Assembly: GCA_965205025.1 (NCBI GenBank)
Contig: CBDBFU010000004.1
Location: forward strand, 32,001-96,000
Length of the DNA: 64,000 nt
From: Candidatus Poribacteria bacterium
Lineage (GTDB): Bacteria > Poribacteria > WGA-4E > WGA-3G
Reading direction: 5' to 3'
The translations under genes and the position numbers were made by a program. Positions 18,838-29,359 of this stretch are shown here, one piece after another. Positions within the stretch are counted from its first letter, which is position 1. Every line of letters begins with the position of its first letter. The notes under the pieces were generated by a model that saw only the letters and a list, made by a program, of their open reading frames with translations, made no database searches and was not told the origin of the DNA.

Positions 18838-20832
18838 ATGCATTCAAGCAATTCGCTATATTTCTCAGGAGTAAATCGTCTTCAAAATTATGTTTCAGTA
18901 ATATTGGTGAATTTATTCGTTGGAATGATTTTTTCCGTATCACCTATTATCGCAGAAATTGAATCCAATTCCTCAGAAGATATTGCTGTTGAATTAGATC
19001 CTGTGGTCGTTACAGCAACAAAAACACCGCATCGTCTATCAGATTCACCTGTTATTACAGAACTAATTACTCGCGAAGAAATTGAAGCAACTGGCGCAGA
19101 AAACGTTGGTGAAGTATTAGAGTACAAATCAGGGGTAATCATACATCGAGATGGACATGGGGATGGTGTACAACTTCAGGGACTTGATTCTGAGTATGTA
19201 TTAATTCTCATAGATGGTGAACCACAGATTGGACGTATAGCTGGCAAACTGGATTTGGCACGACTCAGTATTGAAAATGTCGAAAGAATTGAAATAGTCA
19301 AAGGGGCAACTTCATCACTATTTGGCAATGCTGCACTCGCAGGAGTCATAAATATAATCACTCGAAAAGCTACCGGACCATTGGCAATTCAAATCTCTCA
19401 AAATATAGAACAATACAATAATTATGATAGTAGAGGAACTATTGAATTACATCAAGGGAATCTCAATGGGTTACTTTCATTAAGTGCCAATAGCAGAAAT
19501 CCTATAGATTTTGATACATCTGATCTTACAACAACAATTGACGGATATGCCAATATCACAGGTTCATTACGCACAGAATATACCGTAACACCTACTACAA
19601 ATATACTGTTATCAGGACAATACTTTATTCAAGACCAAGAAGGTATTAGTGAGAACGGTCCAATTGTATTTGACAGACTGGGTGATATCGAGAACATAAG
19701 TGCAACTTTAGGTATAATACGAGAATTTGACTTTGTGAGTATTGAAAATGTGGCTACTTCATTTTTCACAGGGAAAATATATTTAACACGATATGATGAT
19801 GTATCTACAGTAATCAATAGGAATACAGAGGAAACAACATCACAAAATATTAATATCCAAGATCTTATCAAAGGTGAAATCCAATTCGACACAACACTAT
19901 GGCAGAAACATCAATTGACCTTTGGTAGTGAGATAATTCTTGAGAATTTACAGTCGCAACGTATAAATGGAGGCGAACGTGAAATACTAACAAATTCGCT
20001 CTTCCTACAAAATGAGTATAGACCCTTCACTCCGGTTGCTGTTGTCATCGGAGGACGTTTAGATCATCACTCAGAATTCGGTAGTCATTTCAGTCCAAAA
20101 TTGAGTTCGTTGTATAAAATCACAGATAATCTTCGGATACGTGCTTCCTATGGACAGGGTTTTCGAGCACCAGATTTTAAGAATCTATATCTCAACTTTA
20201 CAAATGTCACATCCGGATATCAGGTATTAGGAAATGCATACCTACAACCCGAATCATCACATAACTGGAATATCGGGATTGACTATCATTTCTCAAGAGT
20301 CCTTATGGGTAGAATACACATGTATAGAAATGACTTACATAACCTGATTGAGGCAGAACGTATAGGTCAGAGTGTGTTAGGTGGAAGTAAATTTGAATAC
20401 CAAAATATTAACCAAGCATATACAGAAGGTGTTGATGTTGAAATCCTGTTAGGTAGTCTTGGGGGGTTCACATCAACAGTGGGTTATGCCTATCTCAGAG
20501 GGGCAGATAAAAACACAGGACTTCCTCTGCTCAACCGTTCTACACATAGCACAACCCTTAAATTTTCATATTTCCATCTCAAAAGTGGTTTTCGTGTTGA
20601 CTTACGTGGCCGATATGCAAGCAAATGGGGTTTCTATGATGATGGGGACAAAATACTTGAACCCGAAGAACTCGCCCCAAGTTACTGGTTATGGAACGTC
20701 CGAACTTCAAAAAGCCTTTTCAAATTGTTAAAAGTTTCAATAGGAATAAACAATGTTTTTGACTTCAAAATTCCCAGATATTATACATTTATCGGCCGTT
20801 CATTCTATGGTGGTTTATCACTGGATTATTAA
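18838..20832 (+). CDS. TonB-dependent receptor (HmuR-like heme receptor)
   Basis: VVVTATKT; LILIDG; ERIEIVKGATSSLFG; GFRAP and NAYLQPE loops; adjacent to hmuY. Confidence 0.92.
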   Translation: MHSSNSLYFSGVNRLQNYVSVILVNLFVGMIFSVSPIIAEIESNSSEDIAVELDPVVVTATKTPHRLSDSPVITELITREEIEATGAENVGEVLEYKSGVIIHRDGHGDGVQLQGLDSEYVLILIDGEPQIGRIAGKLDLARLSIENVERIEIVKGATSSLFGNAALAGVINIITRKATGPLAIQISQNIEQYNNYDSRGTIELHQGNLNGLLSLSANSRNPIDFDTSDLTTTIDGYANITGSLRTEYTVTPTTNILLSGQYFIQDQEGISENGPIVFDRLGDIENISATLGIIREFDFVSIENVATSFFTGKIYLTRYDDVSTVINRNTEETTSQNINIQDLIKGEIQFDTTLWQKHQLTFGSEIILENLQSQRINGGEREILTNSLFLQNEYRPFTPVAVVIGGRLDHHSEFGSHFSPKLSSLYKITDNLRIRASYGQGFRAPDFKNLYLNFTNVTSGYQVLGNAYLQPESSHNWNIGIDYHFSRVLMGRIHMYRNDLHNLIEAERIGQSVLGGSKFEYQNINQAYTEGVDVEILLGSLGGFTSTVGYAYLRGADKNTGLPLLNRSTHSTTLKFSYFHLKSGFRVDLRGRYASKWGFYDDGDKILEPEELAPSYWLWNVRTSKSLFKLLKVSIGINNVFDFKIPRYYTFIGRSFYGGLSLDY

Positions 20833-20836
20833 GACC

Positions 20837-20869
20837 TTCGGTAGGACGTGTCATGGCGTTCCTACCGAA
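20837..20869. repeat. REP-like hairpin
   Basis: TTCGGTAGGA...TCCTACCGAA. Confidence 0.55.
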
Positions 20870-20929
20870 TAATAGGGCGAAAAAACTACATTCAATAGTT
20901 ATTTGCCTAAACACAAAAGGAGCAACTTG

Positions 20930-21577
20930 ATGAAAAGGTTAATGTGCATACACAACTTCATTCTTAGCACAACCACTCTTTTTATCTTAACATTCAGTAT
21001 TTCACAATTAAATGTAAGTGCTGAAATTAACCACAAATCTTTGACTGTTGATGCGACTGATCGAGAGCAATGGGTATATTTTAACCTGTCTGAATCAGAT
21101 GTTGTTGACATCAAAGATCCAACCACATCCCTCAAATGGGATATCGGATTTAAAAGGACTGCCATTATTACAAATGGTGGTATTAATGGTCCAGGAGAAT
21201 CCGCTACATTGATATTAACTGACACATCCTTTGAAAGTGTTGATGTTGCCCCTGAGGGAGATTACATCTCAGATACCGATCAGATTGCTACATTTGCTCG
21301 TGGTGATGGGTGGTATACCTATACTGGTCCGCCAAATCACTGGATATTGGTAAATGATAAAATCTATATACTACGGACTGCTGCAGGTAATTATGCAAAA
21401 CTCCGTTTTATCGGATATTATGAAAATAATGATACAAAAGAAGGTTCAGGATATATCAGTTTTGAATATGTCCTGCAGAATAATGGAAGTCGATTTTTTA
21501 TTGACATATCCCCAGCTGATATAAACGCTATAAAGAAGTTAACTATCACGTGGGCAGAAGTTAAGAAAAATCGATAA
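20930..21577 (+). CDS. hmuY: HmuY-family heme-binding protein 1 (non-lipoprotein, C-terminal KLxxxW motif)
   Basis: VDAT..WVYF, WDIGFKR, TNGG.NGPG, GWYTY, YAKLRF.GYY; AGGAG RBS. Confidence 0.85.
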   Translation: MKRLMCIHNFILSTTTLFILTFSISQLNVSAEINHKSLTVDATDREQWVYFNLSESDVVDIKDPTTSLKWDIGFKRTAIITNGGINGPGESATLILTDTSFESVDVAPEGDYISDTDQIATFARGDGWYTYTGPPNHWILVNDKIYILRTAAGNYAKLRFIGYYENNDTKEGSGYISFEYVLQNNGSRFFIDISPADINAIKKLTITWAEVKKNR

Positions 21578-21584
21578 GTCTATA

Positions 21585-21615
21585 TGTGCGAGGAATAACT
21601 ACAACTCCTCGCACA
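21585..21615 (+). terminator. hairpin
   Basis: TGTGCGAGGA...TCCTCGCACA after the hmuY1 stop; weak U-tract. Confidence 0.4.
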
Positions 21616-21700
21616 TCTCAAATATGTCTTACATTAGTTTCAATAGAGGAATTAAACGAATTATCTAATTTACAACTTATCCCGTAAACAGGAGTGACTT

Positions 21701-21931
21701 ATGGGTCAGAAAACAAAATACCTATCACATGACGAAATCTGTGCAGTTTATTCATGTCTTCAAGGTCATATACACGTTAGATTCCGATCCTTGGATATTA
21801 CAATGGAACCGGAAGAATTTTCTCAATTTACGAGTGTATTGTTTGATGCTTTCAAAACCCTGCGTGAGGCAAACAAACCTATTAACGAAGAGGTTAATTT
21901 GGAAGATATTGAAGTCTTACCTAAAGTCTAA
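21701..21931 (+). CDS. small Cys/His-containing protein
   Basis: AGGAG RBS; 76 aa with C..YSC.QGHIHVRF; lies between the two hmuY genes. Confidence 0.7.
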   Translation: MGQKTKYLSHDEICAVYSCLQGHIHVRFRSLDITMEPEEFSQFTSVLFDAFKTLREANKPINEEVNLEDIEVLPKV

Positions 21932-21977
21932 ATTTTATTTGACGGTCAAAGTATCGTCCATTAGAGGTTATTTAATC

Positions 21978-22664
21978 ATGGATATTATCAAAGATTACTT
22001 CACTTGGCGAATTGTTGTTTGGATTATGTTATTTCTGGGTATATTCATTCTCTTTAGTTGCAGGGCAGCTGATAACGAAGGACTTGAGCAAGTCCTTATA
22101 GATTCAAAGGCAACCGATGATACAAACAATATTTCTGTAACCCCAGATAATAATGAACCATTGGATGAACCAATTAAGTTAGATACATTGACATTTACCG
22201 TTGATGCAACCAGTAGAGAACAATGGTCATACTTCTCTTTTCAGTCAGGAAATATCGTAGATATTGAGGATCCACTCAATTCGGAAGAATGGGATATCGG
22301 TTTTAAACTAACACAGGTTAAATTAAATGGTGGAGTCAGTGGTCCAGGAATGGGAAGTGTTGTCATGCTTACAGAGACTACCTTTGAAGAGGTAACAATT
22401 GCCCCAGAAGATGGATACCGTTCCGACTCAGAAGACACCCTCGCTATCGTACCACAGAGTGAGAAAGGTTGGTACGTTTATACTGGACCACCTACACATT
22501 GGGTATTACCGCTTGAGGATCGTGTATTTGTAATGAAAACTGCAGATGGTACATATGCGAAAGTTCGTTTCGTTGGATACTATAAAGATAACGAAAAAAA
22601 AGAAGACAGCGGATTCGTTACCTTGGATTATGTACATCAACCAGATGGAAGTCGGAACTTTTAA
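21978..22664 (+). CDS. hmuY: HmuY-family heme-binding lipoprotein 2
   Basis: GAGG RBS; lipobox LFSC; same HmuY motifs; clear paralogue of 20930-21577 (shared YTGPP.HW). Confidence 0.85.
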   Translation: MDIIKDYFTWRIVVWIMLFLGIFILFSCRAADNEGLEQVLIDSKATDDTNNISVTPDNNEPLDEPIKLDTLTFTVDATSREQWSYFSFQSGNIVDIEDPLNSEEWDIGFKLTQVKLNGGVSGPGMGSVVMLTETTFEEVTIAPEDGYRSDSEDTLAIVPQSEKGWYVYTGPPTHWVLPLEDRVFVMKTADGTYAKVRFVGYYKDNEKKEDSGFVTLDYVHQPDGSRNF

Positions 22665-22871
22665 AATTAATCCATTTAGTGATTAATACATATGTAAGAG
22701 GGAAGAAGCATAGGTCTTTACTTAGTATATACAGAAAAACTGAACAATGAGTTCATGAAGGGTTGGATATGAAACTTGTATAAAACAATATGCTGTAGCA
22801 TATTGGCGCACAAAATCTCCTTAATTAAAACAGATTTCATATCCAATCAATCATCTTCAAGAGGAATAGAA

Positions 22872-23840
22872 ATGGATATAATAAAATCTGATTTGTTCAA
22901 AGTATGGATATTAACTGTTTTCATTTACATTCTATTAACATTTGTACTTTGTTTCGTTGTTGCCGATACACTTGAGGTGACAGATGCAGAGGGCAAAACC
23001 ATCGTTATTGATTCTTCTGCCCGTATAGTAAGTCTAAATGGTAGTACAACAGAGATTCTTTTCGCACTTGGTGTCGGTGAAAAAGTCGTTGGATGTGATG
23101 CTTCATCAACATATCCAAAAGGTGTAAGAGAAAAACTACCAAGTGTTGGATACCAATACGGTCTTAATGCTGAAGGAATCTTATCTTTGAAACCAACATT
23201 AGTCATTGGTAGGAATGATGTCAAACCACCACAAGTTGTAAAACAGCTACGTATGGCAGGTGTAACGGTATTATTGCTTGAGGAGCCTCGTAGTTTTGAG
23301 ACTGCAAAAAAGAGATTACACATTATTGGTAAAGTGGTTGGAAAAGAGAAAAAGGCTAAGGAGTTAATAAAAATATTAGATGCCGATATCAAAAAATTAG
23401 AAACTAAACTTGCATCACGTAAAGATAAAACCAAGCAAAAAGCACTGTTTCTCTATCTCCGTGGAACCCAAACTACATTGGTATTAGGTAAGGATACTGC
23501 TCAAGCTGCAATGTTAGAAATAGTAGGTGCAGAAAACGCTGCAGGTAATATAAAAGGTAACAAACCTATGACAGCTGAAGCGGTAATTGCAGCACAGCCA
23601 GATGTGTATGTATTATTCACAACTGGTTTAGAATCAGTTGGCGGAGTGGAAGGGTTACTAAAATTACCTGGATTAGCTCATACACCTGCGGGGAAGAATA
23701 AACGGGTGGTTGCAATGTCAGGACAGTACATATCTGGGTTTGGCCCTCGAAGTGGTAAGGCTGCGCTTGATTTATTCCAAGGTATCCATGAGGAAGTAGG
23801 AACTTTCATTGCTGAAGGTGAAGAAAGAGAATTAGAATAA
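22872..23840 (+). CDS. hmuT: heme ABC transporter substrate-binding protein
   Basis: RIVSLNGSTTEILFALG; VGY...NAEGILSLKP with the expected Tyr ligand; GFGPR. Confidence 0.88.
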   Translation: MDIIKSDLFKVWILTVFIYILLTFVLCFVVADTLEVTDAEGKTIVIDSSARIVSLNGSTTEILFALGVGEKVVGCDASSTYPKGVREKLPSVGYQYGLNAEGILSLKPTLVIGRNDVKPPQVVKQLRMAGVTVLLLEEPRSFETAKKRLHIIGKVVGKEKKAKELIKILDADIKKLETKLASRKDKTKQKALFLYLRGTQTTLVLGKDTAQAAMLEIVGAENAAGNIKGNKPMTAEAVIAAQPDVYVLFTTGLESVGGVEGLLKLPGLAHTPAGKNKRVVAMSGQYISGFGPRSGKAALDLFQGIHEEVGTFIAEGEERELE

Positions 23841-23854
23841 GAACATTCCAGAAC

Positions 23855-24850
23855 ATGCAAAAACGTACAAAGCTAATTCTATTACTCACCATCTTACTCC
23901 CGGCATCAATTTGTGTTGCAGCTGGAATTGGGGCATATCGTATATTACCATGGAAAATACCAAAAATACTACTCTTCAAAGAGGAAGGTTTTCCAATCTT
24001 GCTATACGTGCGGTTTCCACGCGTCCTGTTAGCTGCTCTCGTTGGTTCTATGTTAGCTATTTCGGGAACTACTCTCCAAGGTATCTTTCGTAATCCACTC
24101 GCAGATCCTGGACTCATCGGAATAACAGCAGGTGCTGGTTTAGGAGCTTCAATATGGATAGTTTTAGTTGGTGGTGGTAAAATAGGGTTATGGGGACTAC
24201 CTATCGCAGCTTTTGGCTGTGGGATGTTTGTAACCTTAGCAGTCTGGAAAGTATCAGAAATACAAGGTAAAGTCCATACTGTAACCTTACTGTTAGCAGG
24301 AATTGCGCTCAACAGTCTCGCCGGATCAGGTATCGGGTTAATGACCTTTCTTGCTGACGATGAACAACTGAGGAGTCTTACTTTCTGGCTACTTGGAGGG
24401 TTTGGCGGAGCAACATGGACGGTTCTATTAGTAACACTACCGATAGGTATTATTGGCTTATTCTTATTATTAGGACAAGGTTCGGCACTCAACACATTAA
24501 ACCTTGGTGAATCTGAAGCATACCATCTCGGTGTTCCCACAGAATCAATAAAACGTGTATCAGTTTTTGGTGTTGCTTTAACTGTTGGAGCAGCGGTTTC
24601 TGCAGCTGGGGGAATTGGGTTTGTTGGACTTGTTGTCCCTCACCTTCTACGACTTTTGGGAGGGGCAGATCATCGGTTTGTCTTACCAGGTTCGGCACTT
24701 GGTGGAGCAATTTTGTTGATTTTAGCAGACCTATTTTCACGGACTATTGTAGTTCCCGCAGAATTACCGGTTGGCATTGTTACTGCACTACTCGGCGGAC
24801 CTTTCTTCTTATGGCTTCTAATCAGATTTAAACGACAGATTCTTCTTTAG
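23855..24850 (+). CDS. hmuU: heme ABC transporter permease (FecCD family)
   Basis: RFPRV, QGIFRNPLADPG, GGIGFVGLVVPH, ELPVGIVTALLGGPFF. Confidence 0.92.
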   Translation: MQKRTKLILLLTILLPASICVAAGIGAYRILPWKIPKILLFKEEGFPILLYVRFPRVLLAALVGSMLAISGTTLQGIFRNPLADPGLIGITAGAGLGASIWIVLVGGGKIGLWGLPIAAFGCGMFVTLAVWKVSEIQGKVHTVTLLLAGIALNSLAGSGIGLMTFLADDEQLRSLTFWLLGGFGGATWTVLLVTLPIGIIGLFLLLGQGSALNTLNLGESEAYHLGVPTESIKRVSVFGVALTVGAAVSAAGGIGFVGLVVPHLLRLLGGADHRFVLPGSALGGAILLILADLFSRTIVVPAELPVGIVTALLGGPFFLWLLIRFKRQILL

Positions 24851-24902
24851 ATAAATGTCAGTAATTGGATTTAAATTTAATTTAGTACATTGAGGTGCTT
24901 TC

Positions 24903-25672
24903 ATGATAGAGCTGGAAGATGTCGGATACAAGGTCAATGAAAAATGGTTAGTCCGCGACATTAACCTTACAATAAAAAACGGTGTGTTTTGGGGATTTAT
25001 TGGACCAAATGGTGCTGGGAAATCAACCCTCTTACGACTAATCTCAGGCGAACTTACACCAACAAATGGTGAAATTCGATTTTTTGGCAAACCAATAAAT
25101 AGTTATCAACCCACAGAACTCGCACGACTCCGAGCATATTTACAGCAACAAAGAGAAGTTAATTTTCCTTTCACTTCATTAGAGATAGTGTTGTTTGGAC
25201 GATACCCATATTTAAATGGAACAAAAGAGTCTGAGAGTGATATAGGAATTGCACGAAAATCATTAAAACGGGTTGAAGCTGAAATGTTTGAAGATAGACA
25301 TTATCCAACCTTATCTGGAGGTGAGGCAGGTCGTATTGACATAGCTCGAATTCTCGCTCAAGCTCCAGGGTTATTGTTATTAGATGAACCAACGAATCAT
25401 CTTGATCCAAGACACCAAGTACAAATATTAAACCTATGCAAAGGTATCTGTGAACAAGGTAAGACCGTAATTACCGCAATACACGATCTTAACCTCGCAT
25501 CAATGTATGCTGATCAAATATTAATGTTGAAAAATGGAGTTTCTATAACGTCTGGTCCTCCAGAAGATGTATTTAAAAAAACATGTTAACCAAAACCTAT
25601 GGTATATCGTTTAATATTCTAAAGCATCCTGATGGATATCCATGGGTGATGCCGAATCTCAATTGTCTATAG
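24903..25672 (+). CDS. hmuV: heme ABC transporter ATPase, -1 frameshift in A7 run at 25575-25581
   Basis: GPNGAGKS, LSGGE, LLLDEPTNHLD, HDLNLA. One extra A restores ...NMLTKTYG...HPDGYPWVMP...* ending at 25672. Confidence 0.9.
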
Positions 25673-25758
25673 ATTCATTTACTATTATCATCTTTAGATT
25701 TGTTGATTCTATAGATGATTGATTTGCGGACGTTCAACATATTAAGATTGGAGACAGA

Positions 25759-26214
25759 ATGGAACAAGCGAAAATAGATACAATCATAGAGGAACTTATT
25801 AAAGCATATTGGTTAGAATTAGAGGCTACAATTAATTTTTTGGCAATATCCGTTGATTTGGATGGAATCCGAGCGGAAGAGATTAAGAAATCTTTGGCAG
25901 CTGATATTCAAACAGAAATTGATCATGCACAGCAGCTTGCTGCACGTATCAAAGAGATAGGCGGACGTGTTCCGGGTTCATACGATTTTGAACCGAGACA
26001 GGCTTCACTTCAACCACCTGAAGATACAACAGATGTCGTAGTGGCTATACATGGCGTTATTGAGGCTGAAAATAGTGCAATAGAACAATACAACAAAATT
26101 ATCCGTTTATGTGATGGGTTAGACTACGTCACACAAGACCTTTGTATTAGACTTCTTGCAGACGAAGAAACACATCGAAGAGAATTTAGAGGATTCCTTA
26201 AAGAATACGAATAG
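25759..26214 (+). CDS. ferritin-like (Dps/bacterioferritin-related) di-iron protein
   Basis: E...EIDH...E...DEETH four-helix-bundle ligand pattern; GGAG RBS. Confidence 0.85.
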   Translation: MEQAKIDTIIEELIKAYWLELEATINFLAISVDLDGIRAEEIKKSLAADIQTEIDHAQQLAARIKEIGGRVPGSYDFEPRQASLQPPEDTTDVVVAIHGVIEAENSAIEQYNKIIRLCDGLDYVTQDLCIRLLADEETHRREFRGFLKEYE

Positions 26215-26236
26215 GATTTCACATTTATACAGATAT

Positions 26237-26277
26237 AAAAAGAGAGCATCGGATTTATTATTCGATGCTCTTCTTTT
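26237..26277. terminator. bidirectional intrinsic terminator
   Basis: A-tract, GAGCATCG...CGATGCTC stem, T-tract, between convergent genes. Confidence 0.75.
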
Positions 26278-26305
26278 ATGTTATGTTTTATTGATGTACA
26301 TATTA

Positions 26306-26944
26306 CTATTTCTCAAGCACCATGCTCGATTCTGCTGTACCCGTGGATTTAAGAGTAAGTGTTCCATCAGTCACAGTAAAATTAGTTTTTTCGAATGCCT
26401 TTAGAAGATGCATATTGAACTTATCCATCAGGTCTTTTCTCGCAGCAATTTCTCCACCTTCAGCAAACTCATCCAAAAATTCAGGTGGGCTAGAAATTAA
26501 CTTTATATCTTTTTCCAATGTAATCAAGGATAAGACAGAATTGTTAATCGTATAGTTCCCAGACCATGCACCTGTCACTTCAATCTTACCAGCCTTCTCA
26601 GCGTCCCCTCTATTCGGATCTTCAGGAAAATCAAACATTTCAAATTCAAGGTTTACGATCCAAGAACCCTCATCAGCAAAATCATAAGTAAATACAGATA
26701 TTTCTTCTTTCGGTCTATCTTCTATATCCGGTTCCTCAGCATTAATAAAGGCTAAAGGAGGACCGTCATTGATGGATATAACATCCCAGATGCCAAGTAA
26801 TTCGGTAGGTGCAACCTCAGGTTCCGGTATTACGGGTTCGGTTATCTCCTTATCCGGTTCTACTTCAGCACTTCCACAACCGCTGATGATTAATATAGAT
26901 ATTAAAATTAGTATAAACAGACTTGGATATGTCTTTCTATTCAT
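26306..26944 (-). CDS. hypothetical lipoprotein (lipocalin-like)
   Basis: Lipobox ISGC; LLGIWDVISIN and GNYTI motifs. Confidence 0.75.
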   Translation of the reverse strand: MNRKTYPSLFILILISILIISGCGSAEVEPDKEITEPVIPEPEVAPTELLGIWDVISINDGPPLAFINAEEPDIEDRPKEEISVFTYDFADEGSWIVNLEFEMFDFPEDPNRGDAEKAGKIEVTGAWSGNYTINNSVLSLITLEKDIKLISSPPEFLDEFAEGGEIAARKDLMDKFNMHLLKAFEKTNFTVTDGTLTLKSTGTAESSMVLEK

Positions 26945-27028
26945 AATATCCTTAAATAATCTGAAATCTGGATTAAAAGATGCTGTAAATAGGAACTAAA
27001 GAATTAGAATGAAACAGTTAAAGAAACA

Positions 27029-28093
27029 TCACTTTGTCTGATAAACCTTGTCACGGGAATGGAATCCATCCGTAATCACGACTTCATCAAGATTGGCTTT
27101 GTCAACTTGGATTGGTGTAAGTAGAATAGAAGAGACGTCAACTTTTCCATTATTTACTTTCTGCTTCGCTTTTTCAATTGTCTCACCCTTTGCTAAAGCT
27201 ACAGCAGCGATCGCAGCTTCCTTGGCAATGAGACGTATCGGTTTATATACAGTCATCGTCTGTGTACCTTTAACAATCCGTTGACATGCAGCAAGTTCAG
27301 CATCCTGTCCAGAAACAAGTACAGTTCCAGCTAAATTTTGCCCTTCAAGTGCCTGAATCACACCGCCTGCAGTTCCATCATTCGAAGCAACAACAGCATC
27401 TATCTGGTTATTTGTTAGCGTCAATACCTGTTCAGCTTTGTTAAGAGCATCATTCGGATCCCAATTTACCGCCCAATGCTTACCATCTGCAACTAATTTT
27501 ATATCTCCATTATCAATTGCGGGTTGTAAGGCACGGAGTTGACCTTCACGAAGAAGTTGAGCATTATTATCACTGGGGGCACCACCAAGTAAGAAGTAAT
27601 TCCCTTTCGGTTTATGTCGAAGGATATATTCGGCTTGCAAATAACCGACCTGTTCATTATCAAAAGAAATGTAGAGATCAGGTTCACTTTCACGAATTAA
27701 TCGATCATAAGCGACAACTTTAATCCCCTCAGCATGTGCAGAGTTTACTATTTGGGATGCAGCCACACTGTCCTTCGGTATCACAACCAGAACATCTACC
27801 CCTTGTGTGATCATATTCTCTGCCTGTTCGTTCTGTTTGCGCTCATCCCCATCAGCAGATTGTACAATGACTTCTGCACCCAGTTTTTCTGCCTCTTCAA
27901 TAAATATATCTCTATCCTTCTGCCAACGTTCAACACGCAATGAATCCATGGACAATCCAATTTTAATTTTCTGGGATGAGTCATCACAACTAAAGATTAG
28001 AATAGTGCAAAATGCTATCATCAGCAGATGAAATGATAGTTTAAGAACTGGATACTTTGGGATAATCAGACCAAGACTTATTTTTATTTTCAT
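27029..28093 (-). CDS. xylF: D-xylose ABC transporter substrate-binding lipoprotein
   Basis: KIGLSMDSLRVERWQKDRD, AYDRLI, ISFDNEQVG, SGQDAE, QTMTVYKPI. Confidence 0.88.
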   Translation of the reverse strand: MKIKISLGLIIPKYPVLKLSFHLLMIAFCTILIFSCDDSSQKIKIGLSMDSLRVERWQKDRDIFIEEAEKLGAEVIVQSADGDERKQNEQAENMITQGVDVLVVIPKDSVAASQIVNSAHAEGIKVVAYDRLIRESEPDLYISFDNEQVGYLQAEYILRHKPKGNYFLLGGAPSDNNAQLLREGQLRALQPAIDNGDIKLVADGKHWAVNWDPNDALNKAEQVLTLTNNQIDAVVASNDGTAGGVIQALEGQNLAGTVLVSGQDAELAACQRIVKGTQTMTVYKPIRLIAKEAAIAAVALAKGETIEKAKQKVNNGKVDVSSILLTPIQVDKANLDEVVITDGFHSRDKVYQTK

Positions 28094-28108
28094 ACGACTT
28101 CTCCAACG

Positions 28109-29359
28109 TTATTCTTCCATTTGATCTTCATCTGTCGTTACCACTTTCAGTAAATCACCACGCTTAATATCTCTACTCTTATCAATAACCTTAACTATAG
28201 AAAGTCTGTCGTTTCGGATTTCAATAACTGCCACAGTTGCAATTTTGACAGGGATATAATCAAGTACTTCACCTGTGTCAATATCACGGATAGGTTTTCC
28301 GTCTGTAAAAACATCAAACTCTTGATTAATTGCTAATCCACGTGCGGAACCCGCATTGATATATATCATGTCGGGATTTTCACTATCGACATAGGTAATC
28401 TTAATCGGTTTGTCAGAAACCTGTTTTACAACTTTTTCTTCATTCTTATCAGAGACGACTGCTGCCTCCCAAGGTGTAATAAAGTTTGGACCATAGTTGT
28501 CTCTTAGTGCTAAAATAACCTTAATAAGAGCGTCATTGGTTACCATTCCAAAAAGTGTTCTGTCGTATTCTGCGGATGCGAATTTTATTTTATTTAGTTC
28601 TGTAGGTTTTACAATTGGTCGCGTGTTTTTGCCATGTTGTTCTGACATCTGTCCAAATCTCAGGTGTGAACCAGTTTCAGTTATACTTGCTTCTAAACCA
28701 GAGACTTGTGTCCCGGCAAGACTATGATAGCGCGTAGAAGAAACTGGAACAGTTGCTATTTCATTACCAGAGTCATCATATATTTCCATTTTTAATTCTA
28801 CTACTGCCCGATGTCGATAGCCAATAACCCCTATACCCGTCATATAACTTGCAGTTATTGATGTAGACGGTGCTTCTCTTCCTCCCTCTCTCAAACTACG
28901 GGATGCATTTGCTTTCATTCGTGAGAGTGAAAACTTCTTAATCTCTCCTAAAACAAGGACATCAGCATTTAGATGCTTTGCTAATGCAGAACGTTGCTCT
29001 TGATTTAGTTTCTTCAACCTATGACGAGGTAAGGTCAACTCTGCCATCGCATCCAACAATTCATCCTGCGAAACAGGAACATAGACTACGGTTTCGGCGA
29101 GTTTACGATTAAGCATTGTTTGAAACCCAACTTCCAAATCCCACTTTTTTTTTGTCCCGAAGATCGCGCCAATAAAGTTAGGGACGCAACCACACCCAGT
29201 TGAGGAGTCAAAACGGCTGTTATCCTCGAAATATAAAACCCCCACTCTTTTTGCTGATGGGTGTTGTTCTTCTGTATTTGAATAGCAATTTGATATATTT
29301 CCGTATAAGAAACTTATAGAGAAAACGATAATAATTATTCGTATAATATCTCGCACCAT
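28109..29359 (-). CDS. exported CsgG/FlgT-like protein
   Basis: AGGAGG RBS; signal peptide; KRVGVLYFED and ADVLVLGEI (CsgG/TolB-N-like); C-terminal IYINAGSARGL...IRDIDTGEVL (FlgT C-terminal-like). Confidence 0.65.
   Translation of the reverse strand: MVRDIIRIIIIVFSISFLYGNISNCYSNTEEQHPSAKRVGVLYFEDNSRFDSSTGCGCVPNFIGAIFGTKKKWDLEVGFQTMLNRKLAETVVYVPVSQDELLDAMAELTLPRHRLKKLNQEQRSALAKHLNADVLVLGEIKKFSLSRMKANASRSLREGGREAPSTSITASYMTGIGVIGYRHRAVVELKMEIYDDSGNEIATVPVSSTRYHSLAGTQVSGLEASITETGSHLRFGQMSEQHGKNTRPIVKPTELNKIKFASAEYDRTLFGMVTNDALIKVILALRDNYGPNFITPWEAAVVSDKNEEKVVKQVSDKPIKITYVDSENPDMIYINAGSARGLAINQEFDVFTDGKPIRDIDTGEVLDYIPVKIATVAVIEIRNDRLSIVKVIDKSRDIKRGDLLKVVTTDEDQMEE

Noticed and set aside
23806-24540. 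Long antisense and nested ORFs in the track (this one, 22925-23434, 41998-42399 and others)
   Set aside because: Shadows of well-supported genes with no motifs of their own.
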